A DNA stretch of 64,000 nt from Candidatus Poribacteria bacterium (GTDB lineage: Bacteria > Poribacteria > WGA-4E > PCPOR2b). The notes below the pieces were generated by a model. The model worked only from the letters and a program-made list of their open reading frames with translations. It did not search any database and was not told the DNA's origin. The stretch is from assembly GCA_965218095.1 (NCBI GenBank), contig OZ244587.1, forward strand, positions 992,001 to 1,056,000, read 5' to 3'. Made by a program: the position numbers and the translations under genes. Position 1 is the stretch's first letter. Each line of letters begins with the position of its first letter. Shown here one piece after another: positions 9,582 to 20,636 of this stretch.

Positions 9582-10643
9582 ATGCTTATGGAACAGCAAT
9601 TAAATCCCAAAGCACATAAAATGGTTATTCTCGCCGAAGGTTCATTCAGCATTCTCGAATCGAAGGCGGCGACGGTGTTGGTGCGCTACCATACAGATAA
9701 TGTCGTCGCCGTTATCGACAGCGAAAAGGCTGGAAAAGATGTCAGCGAAGTCATTGACGTTGGGAAGGGAATTCCGGTTGTTAGCAGCCTCGCGGAGGCG
9801 ATGGAATTGGGATCGACGATGTTGGCAATCGGGATTGCGCCGCCGGGGGGTGAATTACCCGAAACGTGGATAGCCGTTCTGAAGGAGGCAATCGGAAACG
9901 GCTTGCATATCATGAGCGGACTCCACCGATTCTTGAGTGATGACCCACAGCTTGCGGATTTGGCAAGACGCCACAACGTCATCCTGTGGGATGTGCGGAA
10001 ACCGCCGAAAGACCTCCCGATCGCCACCTGCAAAGCCGATGAGGTTGATCCAACCGTCATCCTGACCGTCGGATCCGATTGTCGGATCGGCAAAATGGTG
10101 ACGGGCATCGAACTTGCCGATGCCGCAAAGAAGCGCGGATTAGACGCCGAATTCTGTGCCACTGGTCAAAACGGAATGATGATCTCCGGCTGGGGAATCG
10201 CCATTGACGCGGTGGTATCCGACTTCACGGCAGGGGCAGCGGAACGGATTGTCCTTGAGGGGGCGGAAAAAGCACGCGACCTCCTCATCGTCGAGGGGCA
10301 GGGGGCGCTCGTCCACCCTGGCTATTCGGGCGTCACCTTGAGTCTCCTGCACGGTTCCATGCCTGACGCGATAATCTTCTGCCATCAACCTTCGCGGAAA
10401 ATCGTTGCTCGGTATACCATACCTTTGCCCTCGTTGGGGGAACTGATCCGTCAGTATGAAATGCTCGCCAGGCCAATCAAACCTGTCAAAGTAATCGGGC
10501 TCGCGCTTAACTGCTTTGACCTCACCGAAGATCAAGCCTGTGAAGCCATCAAAGCGGCGGAGCGGGAAACGGGCTTGCCTGCCACAGATGTAATCCGCTT
10601 TGGGGCGGATAAGTTGGTCGATGCGATTGAGAGAATTCGTTAA
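9582..10643 (+). CDS. DUF1611 family protein (DgcN-like, P-loop)
   Basis: IGIAPPGG, VGSDCRIGKM, ATGQNG, VEGQGAL.HPGYSGV motifs. Confidence 0.9.
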   Translation: MLMEQQLNPKAHKMVILAEGSFSILESKAATVLVRYHTDNVVAVIDSEKAGKDVSEVIDVGKGIPVVSSLAEAMELGSTMLAIGIAPPGGELPETWIAVLKEAIGNGLHIMSGLHRFLSDDPQLADLARRHNVILWDVRKPPKDLPIATCKADEVDPTVILTVGSDCRIGKMVTGIELADAAKKRGLDAEFCATGQNGMMISGWGIAIDAVVSDFTAGAAERIVLEGAEKARDLLIVEGQGALVHPGYSGVTLSLLHGSMPDAIIFCHQPSRKIVARYTIPLPSLGELIRQYEMLARPIKPVKVIGLALNCFDLTEDQACEAIKAAERETGLPATDVIRFGADKLVDAIERIR

Positions 10644-10767
10644 AGCAAACGGAGGAGAAAGCAATAATGAAACAGAGTTAGCTTCCATCAAGGTAGGATG
10701 AAGAGAAGGTTCGCAGCGTCCTCGCCTACTCAAGTTTCATTCAATAACCATTTGGCGAAGGAGGATA

Positions 10768-11661
10768 ATGCTGATGCTGAAATCTATCGCTATTACTGAG
10801 GAGCAGCAACAACAGTTCGATGAGGATGGGTTCATCTTGATCGAGGATGCCCTCAGTCCCGTAGAGGTTGAGGAGCTAATCGAAGTGGTGGACAAACTGG
10901 ACGGGCGATACCGACGGGAGAAGGGGATTGGTCCGGCTGAGCCTCTCTAGGTGCGGAACGCTCTCGCTCACCACGAGCAATTGCTGCATCTGGTTGACCA
11001 TCCGGTGACGCTGCCGCTGGTGGTGGACATCCTCGGATTCAACATCCAGATAAGGACCTCTCATCTGGACGTGCGTCCGCCTTGTCCACCTGAATATGCG
11101 CAACAGAAACTGGGTGCGAGGGACGGTTTCTTCCCCTGGCACTCAGATGCCCCAAACTTTGGGTTTCCGATTACCAACGGACAGGTGCCGTTCATGGAAG
11201 TCAAAGTTGGCTACTATTTGACCGACCTGACGGAACACAACAGTGGCGCGATTTGCGTGGTGCGGGGTAGCCACAAAATGTCACCGGCACTGTTGCATGA
11301 TGACACCTATGAGGTCGCCCCAGACCGTGTTGTGGAAGTCAATGTCCGTCCGGGGACAGCGATGCTCTGGCGGACTGCGCTCTGGCACTGTCTGACTCCC
11401 AATCTGTCGACGTACGCCCGAAAGTGTTTGTACTACGGCTATCACTACCGTTGGATCCGGCCCGCTGACTATCTCCATCAGGATGCGAATCTAATCGCCC
11501 GCTGCACGCCAATCCAGCGACAACTACTCGGCGAGTTGGGGACCGGAGAACGCAACTACATGGGAGATGATGCCTGGGTGCACCCGCTTTCTAGGCATTG
11601 GCGACCACAGGATGCAGACATTCCACTCAAAGCTTGGGCTGATGCGCGATTGAGCAAATGA
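10768..11661 (+). pseudogene. phytanoyl-CoA dioxygenase (PhyH) family gene with in-frame TAG at 10948-10950
   Basis: ORFs 10768..10950 and 10951..11661 are in the same frame and join into one PhyH protein (FDEDGFILIEDAL, WHSD, VRGSH, LWHC). Confidence 0.85.
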
Positions 11662-11680
11662 GCATGAGTTTTATCCCATT

Positions 11681-12229
11681 TCATTCCTTCTCAAGAAAAA
11701 CCGAATTGGCCTGAATTGTTGCCTTGAAGTGGGTGAGCGGTTTGTGTGCGGGGCCTTGGATGACCTTTCCGTTTAGGTCAAAACGTGAGCCGTGGCAAGG
11801 GCAATCCAGTCGTTTCTCACGGTCATTGTAGTTGAGCTTGCATTGCTGATGCGTGCAAAGAATCGTGTTTGCGGCGACGGTATTCTCATCCACCCGCACG
11901 AGGACAATGGCTTCTTTCGTACCGAGCTCTGTGAGGACCTTTGAATCGCTCACCTGCTGACCTCCACCGACCTGCTTGAGGGCATTGCTCATCCTAACTT
12001 CAACCCCCGCGATCGGTGGGTCACCTTGTGGGGGCTCTTTTTGCGGCGGTAGATTTGCTACGGGTGGGCTGTCGGGCTTGATTGGGCTACCTACCTCATC
12101 GTCGCCGGCGTCTCCGCAACCGATCAACGCCAGCGCGTAGCCTCCCGTAATCAATCGGGCAGAATACTCCAAGAACAGACGCCGATTGGTCTTGTTACCC
12201 TTCTCGTCAATTATCTTCTTTTTCCCCAT
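11681..12229 (-). CDS. Rieske 2Fe-2S protein with Tat/lipoprotein-like signal
   Basis: CTHQQC and CPCHGSRF Rieske motifs; NRRLFL Tat-like motif; LIGC lipobox. Confidence 0.9.
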   Translation of the reverse strand: MGKKKIIDEKGNKTNRRLFLEYSARLITGGYALALIGCGDAGDDEVGSPIKPDSPPVANLPPQKEPPQGDPPIAGVEVRMSNALKQVGGGQQVSDSKVLTELGTKEAIVLVRVDENTVAANTILCTHQQCKLNYNDREKRLDCPCHGSRFDLNGKVIQGPAHKPLTHFKATIQANSVFLEKE

Positions 12230-12357
12230 AGTGATTTTCTCCGTCCAAAACTTTTTTGGGATTACTGCCACATTTCCTCAGTTTTCTTTAGAGAGTTCGT
12301 TGTACCATAGATTATCACTTAACGTCAAGCCTTTTTCTGGCAAAGTCCAGAACCGCG

Positions 12358-12386
12358 TTGACAAATATTGATAGGCTTTGTATAAT
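12358..12386 (+). promoter_or_regulatory. perfect consensus sigma70 promoter with no downstream sense gene
   Basis: TTGACA-17 bp-TATAAT. Confidence 0.7.
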
Positions 12387-12466
12387 TTCGTAATCTCTGA
12401 TACATGCTTCAGATTATATTTAACTGCAGCGATGAAGTAAGGGACAATTGCTAACGATTGCTTTGA

Positions 12467-13327
12467 TTAACGATCCGTAGGGTCAGTATTTTGCCGGTCT
12501 TCAAACTGGTCTCTGAGCCGCGTGATGTATCGGTTCGTTGTCGAAAAGATCATATCCAACGTGGCAATGTCCCGTTCCTCTAAACGCGTTCGTGAAAACA
12601 CACGCCGCAGAGACTTCAGGAACGTCTCCCAGTCGTGATTGTAAGGCGAAACGCCAATCTTTTGCAACAGATCCGTGACGCGACTGTAAAACGCCTCAAC
12701 TTCGTTGACATCGGCATAATTGAGTTCTGCCGGCGGGATGTCTCCTGCGCTCGCAAGGAAAATCTCGTAGGCGAAGATCTGCACCGCCTGTGCCAAGTTC
12801 AAGGAAGGATTTTTCGTTGCCATCGGAATGCTCGCTATCAACTGGCAGCGGCTAATCTGGGTAGTCGATAAGCCAAAATCCTCGCGTCCAAAAAGCAGAG
12901 CGACCTGTTGTTGGTCCTGTGAAACGGAGGCGATCTCCCGGGCGGCTTCCCTCGCCGAAACAGAGGGCGGCAGTTTTGGGTCCCGTCGTCGATGGGTAGT
13001 CCCGACGAGAAACTGAACCCCTTTGAGGGCGTCTGCCAGCGTCTTCGTAACGCAGCAGTTTTCAATGATGTCCGCCGCACCGTGCGCCATATACCACGTC
13101 GGTTTTGCCTCGAAAAATGGGATGGGATTGACGAGATACAACCGTGATAGCCCCATTCCCTTCAACGCACGGGCAGCGGATCCGATGTTGCCCGGTTCGC
13201 GTGGCTCGAACAGGACGACCCGAATGTTTTCCAGATTCTTGGGTGTCTCAATCTGTATTGCTCGCTGATGTTCGACGGGCTCAACCGGGGAGATCACTTC
13301 GTTTGTGTTGTTGTTACCTTTTGTCAT
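12467..13327 (-). CDS. trmJ: TrmJ/LasT family RNA methyltransferase (SPOUT)
   Basis: PGNIGSAARALKGMG, LLFGREDFGL, SLNLAQAV motifs. Confidence 0.85.
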   Translation of the reverse strand: MTKGNNNTNEVISPVEPVEHQRAIQIETPKNLENIRVVLFEPREPGNIGSAARALKGMGLSRLYLVNPIPFFEAKPTWYMAHGAADIIENCCVTKTLADALKGVQFLVGTTHRRRDPKLPPSVSAREAAREIASVSQDQQQVALLFGREDFGLSTTQISRCQLIASIPMATKNPSLNLAQAVQIFAYEIFLASAGDIPPAELNYADVNEVEAFYSRVTDLLQKIGVSPYNHDWETFLKSLRRVFSRTRLEERDIATLDMIFSTTNRYITRLRDQFEDRQNTDPTDR

Positions 13328-14576
13328 TTGATGACCTGCTTATGTGCGACGTCTCCGTCCGTATGCCATAGTAGCTTGCGTAGAACTGTTCGCTCTCACG
13401 CTGTAACCACTCCCGATCGGCAGCGTGAGCACCAAAACGTTCGGGCGCGAAATCTGCCAAATCTTCGCCAGGGGTACCGTTGATTACCCATTTCGCCAGC
13501 CAACGTCCAACCGCCGCGGATCCGGCAATTCCCAAGGCGGCGCAACCGGTGGCTAAGAAGACCCCATCAATGCCCGGTACAGGCCCAATCAGATACGAGC
13601 CATCGGGCGCGAATGTAGTTATTCCCCGTCGGTACTCCGCAATTTCAAGATCTTTTAGGACCGGAAAGATTGGGGTGAGCCGTCGTTGTGCTTCTGCCAT
13701 CACCGCTACGGGCGGTTCAATATCTCGTGTCCGGTAGTCATCCGGCATCTCCTCTAAATCAATGCTGTGCGGGTTCGGTTCAAAAAAGCCGTAGAGGTAA
13801 CCACCTTTTTCCGGTCTCAGATAGCAACTCACGTCCGTGACACGCACGGCCGGATGATGCGGGGGAATACCGGGGAGCTGGACTGTCCGCGCACGTTGAT
13901 GGCGAATCGGTTGCATTGCTGCGGTGGCGCCGACTTTCTTGGCGAGGATACCACCCCACGGTCCAGCGGTAATGACGACTTGGTTGGATTCGATAAAACC
14001 ACTTTCCGTCTCCACCCCAAGGAGTTGACCATCATGCAACCGAAATCCGGTCACAGAGGTCTCCAATTCGATTTGAACACCCAAATCCCTTGCGGCGGCT
14101 GCGTATGCGTGGGCGCACTGCCGGGGCCCAACATACCCATCGTTGGGGACAAAATATCCACCCTCAACTTTGGAGACATCCAACGCAGGGGCGAGGCGAG
14201 CCATCTCCGCATGGGAGACAAAGTCTGCTGCGATTCCGTTTTGACGAGAGCGTTCAATCTGACGCGCGTAGGCTTCCATACGCTCCGGCGTCAGTGCCAC
14301 CATCAGGCTCCCAGTCTGACGGAACCCCGGATGGTGTCCGGTTTCCGCCGGAAACTGCGAAAACAGTTCCAACGCATATTGGATCGCTCGCAACATGGTG
14401 GCCGAAGAACGAATTTGGCCGACCAAGCCAGCTGCCTGGGGCGTCGTCTCCTCAGCGATTTCTGAATTACGTTCCAGGAGGCGGATGTGTTTACCACCAA
14501 ACTTCGCTAAATGATAGGCAGTACTCAGTCCCCAGATGCCTCCACCGACGATTACGATTTCTGTTTGTTGTGTCAT
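13314..14576 (-). CDS. FAD-dependent oxidoreductase (DAO / sarcosine or dimethylglycine oxidase-like)
   Basis: IVGGGIWGLSTAYHLA, TTPQAAG, TFAPDG, GIAGSAAVG motifs. Confidence 0.9.
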   Translation of the reverse strand: MTQQTEIVIVGGGIWGLSTAYHLAKFGGKHIRLLERNSEIAEETTPQAAGLVGQIRSSATMLRAIQYALELFSQFPAETGHHPGFRQTGSLMVALTPERMEAYARQIERSRQNGIAADFVSHAEMARLAPALDVSKVEGGYFVPNDGYVGPRQCAHAYAAAARDLGVQIELETSVTGFRLHDGQLLGVETESGFIESNQVVITAGPWGGILAKKVGATAAMQPIRHQRARTVQLPGIPPHHPAVRVTDVSCYLRPEKGGYLYGFFEPNPHSIDLEEMPDDYRTRDIEPPVAVMAEAQRRLTPIFPVLKDLEIAEYRRGITTFAPDGSYLIGPVPGIDGVFLATGCAALGIAGSAAVGRWLAKWVINGTPGEDLADFAPERFGAHAADREWLQRESEQFYASYYGIRTETSHISRSSNDKR

Positions 14577-14628
14577 TTCTTTTCCTCGTCCCCCGGATTA
14601 CCAAACACCAATAGCAGGTACAGACATC

Positions 14629-15426
14629 ATGGAGCTTTTTGCCGCAATTACCGAACGTCGTACCCACCGCAAGGAATTCCGTCAAGACCCGATTTCTCAG
14701 GCGGACCTTGACCAACTGATTGAAGCTGCTCGGTGGGCACCCTCACCATTCAACACGCAGCCTTGGGAATTTCTCATCATCCGCGAAGCTGCCGGGAAAA
14801 ACGTAATCGCCGAGGTCACGGCGCAGCGCATCGTCGAACAATTCAAGGATGCCCGTTTTTTGGACGATAACAGTCGCTGGATGCGGGTGACAGAGACGGC
14901 GTGGGATGAACGCGGCGATGGTGTGCTACTTACCGATCACATTGACCTCCCACCCGTGTTTCGCAAAGATCCAAATAAACTCAAACCGCTGCTGAAAAAT
15001 GCGAAGCACCTGAGCATTTTGGGACATTTGGGTGGCGGTAAGATGCCCGCCAAGGAAATCGCCGACCTTGTTCGCACATCGCCGTTGCTCATCCTCGTTC
15101 TAATGGATACGACAAGACGCCCGCCCGGTGAAGGCGGACGCCGGTGGATGTGGCTAGGTATGGGAGGGGCTATCCAAAATCTACTCTTGGCAGCGACGGG
15201 TTTGCAAATCGGTACGCAGTTTGTCAGCGCGCCACTCGAATGTCATGCCGATCGAGAGAAAATTCGGAAAATCTTTAGCATCCCGGATTCACGAGAAATC
15301 ATTACCTTGCTGAGACTCGGCTATGTAGACTCAACGAGCGGAAAATCTGTCCGCTTGCGTCCATCAACGTTTGTCCAATACGAAAATTATACTGAATCCG
15401 GGTCAAATCCTGCCAATGACGCGTAA
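14629..15426 (+). CDS. nitroreductase family protein
   Basis: ITERRTHR...AARWAPSPFNTQPWEF; QNLLLAATGL. Confidence 0.85.
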   Translation: MELFAAITERRTHRKEFRQDPISQADLDQLIEAARWAPSPFNTQPWEFLIIREAAGKNVIAEVTAQRIVEQFKDARFLDDNSRWMRVTETAWDERGDGVLLTDHIDLPPVFRKDPNKLKPLLKNAKHLSILGHLGGGKMPAKEIADLVRTSPLLILVLMDTTRRPPGEGGRRWMWLGMGGAIQNLLLAATGLQIGTQFVSAPLECHADREKIRKIFSIPDSREIITLLRLGYVDSTSGKSVRLRPSTFVQYENYTESGSNPANDA

Positions 15427-15473
15427 AACTCGGAAGACGCAACGTCATCCCGGTGTGGATGCAGTGCCAATAT

Positions 15474-16730
15474 TTATTTGATTCGTTGACCGGTCTGGAA
15501 CACCGCGACCACCCGACTGAACGCGGTAATATCGTCCGCCGGGTCGCCATCGAAGGCAACGAGGTCGGCGATCTTGCCTGGCTCAATGCTTCCGATTTCG
15601 TCTCCAATGCCGACCGCTTCGGCGGAGATGCGTGTGGCTGATACGAGTGCCTCCGCGGGCGTAAACCCGACGCGGACGAGCAACTGTAGGTCGTAATCGA
15701 GATGCCCAAAGGCGAGGTCACTAACTCCGGAGTCGGTTCCCGGAACAATTCGGTCGCGCAAGTCGTAGTCTAGCATACGCCGCATGACATCCAAGCGCAA
15801 CTCGGCTCTCCCCTCAAGTTGTCCCAATTCCACTTCCCCTTCAGGGGAGAGAGTTCCGGCATCGCGTTGCTCGGTGAGCTTGACAATCTGCGGATAGCGT
15901 GTCCAGGCTTGCAGCGTTGGGCTGATCCAAATACCCGATTCCGCCATCATCTCGGTCAGTTTTGGATCGAAACGGAGTTGGTCATCGGGGTCGAGGAATT
16001 CGGCGTGTTCCATCAGATCGATGCCGGCTTTGACCGCCCGGAGCATCGATTCCTTCGCACGACAGTGCGCCGCTGTCAGACGATGGAAGTGATGCGCTTC
16101 GTGGACCGCAGCGTGGAGCTCCGCCACCGTGTAGGTTGCACGGCCGGGAATGGTGCCTTCGGTGCCACCCCCGGAAGCCATGAGCTTGATGTAATCCACG
16201 CCTTCGTGCACCAGGCGTCTTACGGATCGGCGCATCTCCGTCTCACCATCTGCAATTTCATTGCACATGTGAAAGTGCCCGCCTGTGCAGGTAATTGGCC
16301 TGCCACTCACCAGCATACGAGGCCCCGGAATATACCCACGACCAACCCCTTCCTTCAACGTAAACCCCACCCGGTTGCGTGCACCGTGTTCTCGGATGGT
16401 GGTAATGCCGGCAGCCAGATGGCGTTGCAGGTTCATGGCACCGGTAAGCACCATCATTTCGTCGGTCTCGGCGAACATCTCAACATAGTTGCGTCCATCG
16501 CCAGCCAAACTGAGATGGGTATGGCCATCAACGAGGCCGGGTGTGATACAAGCGTGCCCCAAGTCAATGACTTCTGCATCAGGAGGTGTCTGCTGTTGAA
16601 TTGCCTCCTTTTGCCCCACGGCGGTGATGCGACCATCTGTTACCAGAATCGCCTGGCTGGTTTTGGAGGCACCGCCGAGGCCATCTGCCAACTGCCCTGC
16701 CAGAATCAATTTTGAAATCGGATTGGGCAT
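15474..16730 (-). CDS. amidohydrolase family protein (prolidase-like metal hydrolase)
   Basis: PGLVDGHTH, IKLMASGG, AAHC, EHAEF, GTDSG, GKIADLV motifs. Confidence 0.9.
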   Translation of the reverse strand: MPNPISKLILAGQLADGLGGASKTSQAILVTDGRITAVGQKEAIQQQTPPDAEVIDLGHACITPGLVDGHTHLSLAGDGRNYVEMFAETDEMMVLTGAMNLQRHLAAGITTIREHGARNRVGFTLKEGVGRGYIPGPRMLVSGRPITCTGGHFHMCNEIADGETEMRRSVRRLVHEGVDYIKLMASGGGTEGTIPGRATYTVAELHAAVHEAHHFHRLTAAHCRAKESMLRAVKAGIDLMEHAEFLDPDDQLRFDPKLTEMMAESGIWISPTLQAWTRYPQIVKLTEQRDAGTLSPEGEVELGQLEGRAELRLDVMRRMLDYDLRDRIVPGTDSGVSDLAFGHLDYDLQLLVRVGFTPAEALVSATRISAEAVGIGDEIGSIEPGKIADLVAFDGDPADDITAFSRVVAVFQTGQRIK

Positions 16731-16904
16731 AGTTTCCTCCGCTTCATTTCACAGGAGGCATAGGTTCTCGCGTGTGTCCTACAAGCTCACCCGTACAAGT
16801 GGCCAAGCCTTCACTGAACGTGCCGGTGTTCCAATGAATCCCCGAACCCATAAATGACTTCCGAGTGAGCTCCCCACCTATCCAAGATAATATAACTGCT
16901 TGGA

Positions 16905-17227
16905 CTATGGAGCAGTTTCCTCATAACCATATCCCCGTTTGTCAACCGAAGTCATTTCGACTGCTCCTTGACCCGGGACGGTCATCGTCATTTTGATTGT
17001 GTGTTCCGCCGTTTCTGAATAAATCATCATGGTTGCTAGATCGATGATACGTTCACCCTTTCCTGCTATTTTCGCGTTAGACACGCTCGGTGCTTCTTCC
17101 ATGTCAACCATTTCGGCGAGGTCCTCCCACATGTCGCCCATAAAATTTTTCAGTTCCTCAGCATTAGCAACACACAATAAAAAGAGAAGTAAGCACGGCT
17201 AGACCTAGTGATTTTGAACGTATCAAT
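16905..17227 (-). pseudogene. degraded secreted-protein gene
   Basis: RBS and signal-peptide-like start are out of frame with the 90 aa ORF 16905..17177. Confidence 0.35.
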
Positions 17228-17358
17228 TTTCTCCTTATTCTGATGATTGAAATTCTATTCACTGAACAGTTGCCTCCTGGGACACACCCAGACACCGGGT
17301 AGTGCTAACATAAGCTTTGCCAGCACCACCAAATCGGTTCAATTCAGATTAATCTTCT

Positions 17359-17592
17359 CTATTTTCCTCCTGTTTTGGAGATGGGATTAACCTTGAGCGT
17401 CTCTGACTCTGTCCATATGGAAAATGCACGACTTGGAGTAGACGCACTGCTCGGTGATGCAGGACTTTCGTCTGCTTCCGATAGCGGTGCTTCGTCTACT
17501 GAAGGTGCTTCCTCCACTGGAGACGTTTCATCGAGTGAACGTGGTCCCTGCGCTCCTGTGAACCATGCTATAAAGCGCTTTAACAGGCTCAT
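17359..17592 (-). CDS. small hypothetical protein, low-complexity acidic/Ser-Pro (possibly a stub)
   Basis: GGAGG RBS before MSLLKRFIAWF; upstream promoter. Confidence 0.45.
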   Translation of the reverse strand: MSLLKRFIAWFTGAQGPRSLDETSPVEEAPSVDEAPLSEADESPASPSSASTPSRAFSIWTESETLKVNPISKTGGK

Positions 17593-17764
17593 AAGTATTT
17601 CCTCCGCTTTTATCCAGTTAAATGTTGGCTCGACATCAACACCGAACTTCACATGCCGAGTACTCGTCCGCAGGCTGAAGCAGTCTGCGTCACATCAGTT
17701 GAAAATATCAAATTAACCAGAAAACATAACCGTTACGTGAAACAGTAAAGTCATTTGGTGATAT

Positions 17765-17793
17765 AGCATAGCAAAAAACATAGCTACTGTCAA
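17765..17793 (-). promoter_or_regulatory. sigma70-type promoter
   Basis: TTGACA-17 bp-TATGCT on minus strand. Confidence 0.55.
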
Positions 17794-18197
17794 CAAAAAA
17801 AGCCCTTCTCAGCCACCGACGGTCTCTGTCCATCAATCGATGATAAGAAATCGGTTGTTGATAGCATCTGAAAACGCATTGATTTCAACCTTACCGATTG
17901 GCTCGAATCCCTCGCATCGGTAAAACCAGTTCCCATCAAAATCCCATTGACCAGCCTATAACCAATATTGGCTCATGTCAAAAGAAAGTGCAAAAGTGTT
18001 AGAGAAGCCGCGAAATCATTGGTGTGAATTTTGCCTTTGCACGAAGTCTTAACATGAGCCAAGTTTATCTTCTGAAGAGACCCTTCGGGTTAGGAAATAG
18101 GAAGATTGGAAGAAAGAAAACAAGGTGTTTGTTCCCTCCTTCCTTTCCTTCCACTCCACGCTCAAAATGTAAAGTTTCAAGAATACAGTTAAAGTAT

Positions 18198-20636
18198 TCA
18201 ATTTTCAATATGGTGTGTTATCCAACACCGACGCCCATCGGTCAACAACCGAATCGCGCCGAGTTGATCTGTCCGCGGCACACGACACCCTCGCTCTCGG
18301 TAACGGTTAACAACCATCTCGGAGGGAAAACCGTACCGATTCCGCTCACCGAGAGAGAAAATCGCGTATTGCGGACGCACGGCATCAAGGAGTGCTACGC
18401 TGCTAGAGGTCTTGCCCCCGTGATGTGGCACCTTGATAATCTCTGCACGGAGGTCGTGTCCCGATTCAACCAACTTCAATTCAGCTTCCTGCTCAATGTC
18501 CCCCGTAAACAGGACGCGCACATCACCATAGGTCATCTTCAGGACAAGGGAATCGTTGTTTACATCTTTATCCATTAGGTTCGTCGCGGCTTCATTGAAT
18601 GGATGCAGCAATTCCAGCCGTGCTGTCGAGGTTAGATCGATTTCCCCTGCATAACCGAGTTCATGGGGAATACCCTGCTTATCGACGATTTTATGTACGA
18701 TGCGGTGTGTCGGTGGAGACAGATCCAGGTGTGGCACACCAAGCACACGTGCAACGCCAAACTGGTGCAAAATGTGCGCGAAGCCTCCGCCATGGTCATT
18801 GTCTGGATGAGTCATGAGAAGCAGATCCAACTTGAAGACACCCTCATTGCATAGGAATGGGTCGAGGATGCGCTCGCCGCTGTCGTAACCGACCAACTTG
18901 CTACTGCCATCTTCTGCCTTGTGGATTCTTGTTGAATTGAGCCCACCATCAATAAGCATTGCCTTCCCATCGGGAAATCGGATATACGCCGCGTCCCCCT
19001 GTCTGACATCGAGAAAGGTGACTTCTAGCAAATTGCCTTCTTCTTGCCAGGCCATATCCCAGATCCAGATTGCTGTGACCGCCAACCCAATCAGTACAGC
19101 CTCCTTTCGATGTTCCCACACCCAATGCCAGTGGGCAACCGCGAGACAGCCGGCGATGTAAACGACGATGAAACCGAAAGTTGGCGGTGCTGTTTTGATG
19201 ACGGCCCACGGCTGACCGAAAAACTTGATAATCTCCAGAAAGATAAAAAGGATGAGGTGGTTGGCGTAAACAAACGGAGTCGCAAGGGGTTGCCAGATTA
19301 TGCCGAGAAGAACCGAGATTAAAGTGATGCTCACGATAAGTGCGGCGAGTCCGACGACAAAAGGGCTCGCGGCTAATCCAATCGGATACACGCGATAGAA
19401 ATGTCGTGCGATGATTGGCACCGTGCCAATTTGTGCCATCAGGGTTACGCCAAATGCGCTGATAGATCTTCTCCCGCCTATCTGATTAATGAGATTTGGT
19501 AGAATGGTATCGGCCAAACTGTTCCACTTCGGCAGAAAATAAACGATAGATGTCACAGCAGCGAAGGAGAGTTGGAATCCAACATCCCATAGTTGCGCGG
19601 GATTGACCAACAACAGAACGAGCGCAGCGAATGCTAGCAGGTTAAATAGGTCCGCATCTCGATCAATAATCATCGCAATCAGAAACAGAATCGCCATGAG
19701 CGAAGCGCGTAACACCGAAGCGCGAAACCCGACAAGGCAGGCATAAAGAATGACAATGGTAATTGTCAGAAGACAGACCGTTTTTCTTGATAAACCCAGA
19801 AGGGAAAAACCGAGAAAACAGACGGCAGCAATCAAGCCAACGTGCAATCCTGACACGGCAAGAATGTGTAGGCTGCCGCTATTCCGGAATGTATCAAGGA
19901 TCTGTTGGGGAAGTACGCTTCGTTGGCCAAGCAGCATCCCTTTGAGAACCAGAACGTGATTGGAATTGTCATGGTATGTCTTATCAATAACCGACTCCAC
20001 TCGCCGACGTAGCCTTTCCGTCCAATGCAATAGAAAAAAGCCAGATCGATGCGTCGGCGCAATCTTTTGATTTCGATGCGGATGAAGTATTCCGAAGACC
20101 TGACGACGGGCGAGATAGGCGCGGTAATCGAAGCCCCCTGGATTCTGCTGTCCTTTCGGTTGGCGCAACTCGCCTTCCACCTCAAGGTGATCCCCGTAGC
20201 GCAAATGCGCCGGCTCACGGAATCGGATCAGGAACTTCGCCTCCACGACCAAATCCGGCGTTGTCACGGATTGGATTGTACCGATTGCGTAACCCTGCTC
20301 CCACAATTCGCCGCGATCAGGTTGGTACGCCATTCGTCCTGAGAAACGCACCCGGTGATCATAGAGTTCTGGGGGGATTGGCGAAGTCAGGACGGCGCCT
20401 AAACGCAACATGCCGCAGGCAAAAATTGCAATCAGTAACAGCGCGCGTTGAATCTTTGGCATACGAAAACGCTGCTTTCGCAGATACAGTAGTCCAAGGC
20501 TGCCGATGAGGCAGATCAGCATAATCAGCCAGATCCAAAGGAGGGGAATAGACAAATATCCGGCGATAGAGATTCCGAGCGCGTAGGGAATGAGTGTGTT
20601 GAGGGCGGGTCGGGCTATAGGGTTGTTCGTCATCAC
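18198..20636 (-). CDS. comEC: DNA internalization competence protein ComEC/Rec2
   Basis: NPGGFDY, HILAVSGLHVG, GFQLSF; MBL domain THPDNDHGG and KVPHHGGKTS. Confidence 0.93.
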   Translation of the reverse strand: MMTNNPIARPALNTLIPYALGISIAGYLSIPLLWIWLIMLICLIGSLGLLYLRKQRFRMPKIQRALLLIAIFACGMLRLGAVLTSPIPPELYDHRVRFSGRMAYQPDRGELWEQGYAIGTIQSVTTPDLVVEAKFLIRFREPAHLRYGDHLEVEGELRQPKGQQNPGGFDYRAYLARRQVFGILHPHRNQKIAPTHRSGFFLLHWTERLRRRVESVIDKTYHDNSNHVLVLKGMLLGQRSVLPQQILDTFRNSGSLHILAVSGLHVGLIAAVCFLGFSLLGLSRKTVCLLTITIVILYACLVGFRASVLRASLMAILFLIAMIIDRDADLFNLLAFAALVLLLVNPAQLWDVGFQLSFAAVTSIVYFLPKWNSLADTILPNLINQIGGRRSISAFGVTLMAQIGTVPIIARHFYRVYPIGLAASPFVVGLAALIVSITLISVLLGIIWQPLATPFVYANHLILFIFLEIIKFFGQPWAVIKTAPPTFGFIVVYIAGCLAVAHWHWVWEHRKEAVLIGLAVTAIWIWDMAWQEEGNLLEVTFLDVRQGDAAYIRFPDGKAMLIDGGLNSTRIHKAEDGSSKLVGYDSGERILDPFLCNEGVFKLDLLLMTHPDNDHGGGFAHILHQFGVARVLGVPHLDLSPPTHRIVHKIVDKQGIPHELGYAGEIDLTSTARLELLHPFNEAATNLMDKDVNNDSLVLKMTYGDVRVLFTGDIEQEAELKLVESGHDLRAEIIKVPHHGGKTSSSVALLDAVRPQYAIFSLGERNRYGFPSEMVVNRYRERGCRVPRTDQLGAIRLLTDGRRCWITHHIEN

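Noticed and set aside
10948-10950. Genome-wide amber recoding (pyrrolysine or TAG reassigned)
   Set aside because: TAG ends several apparently full-length genes here (e.g. 36292, 49402, 58537), one amber-containing gene also has an in-frame TAA (38297), the implied residues differ (Gln vs Trp), and no pyl genes are in the window
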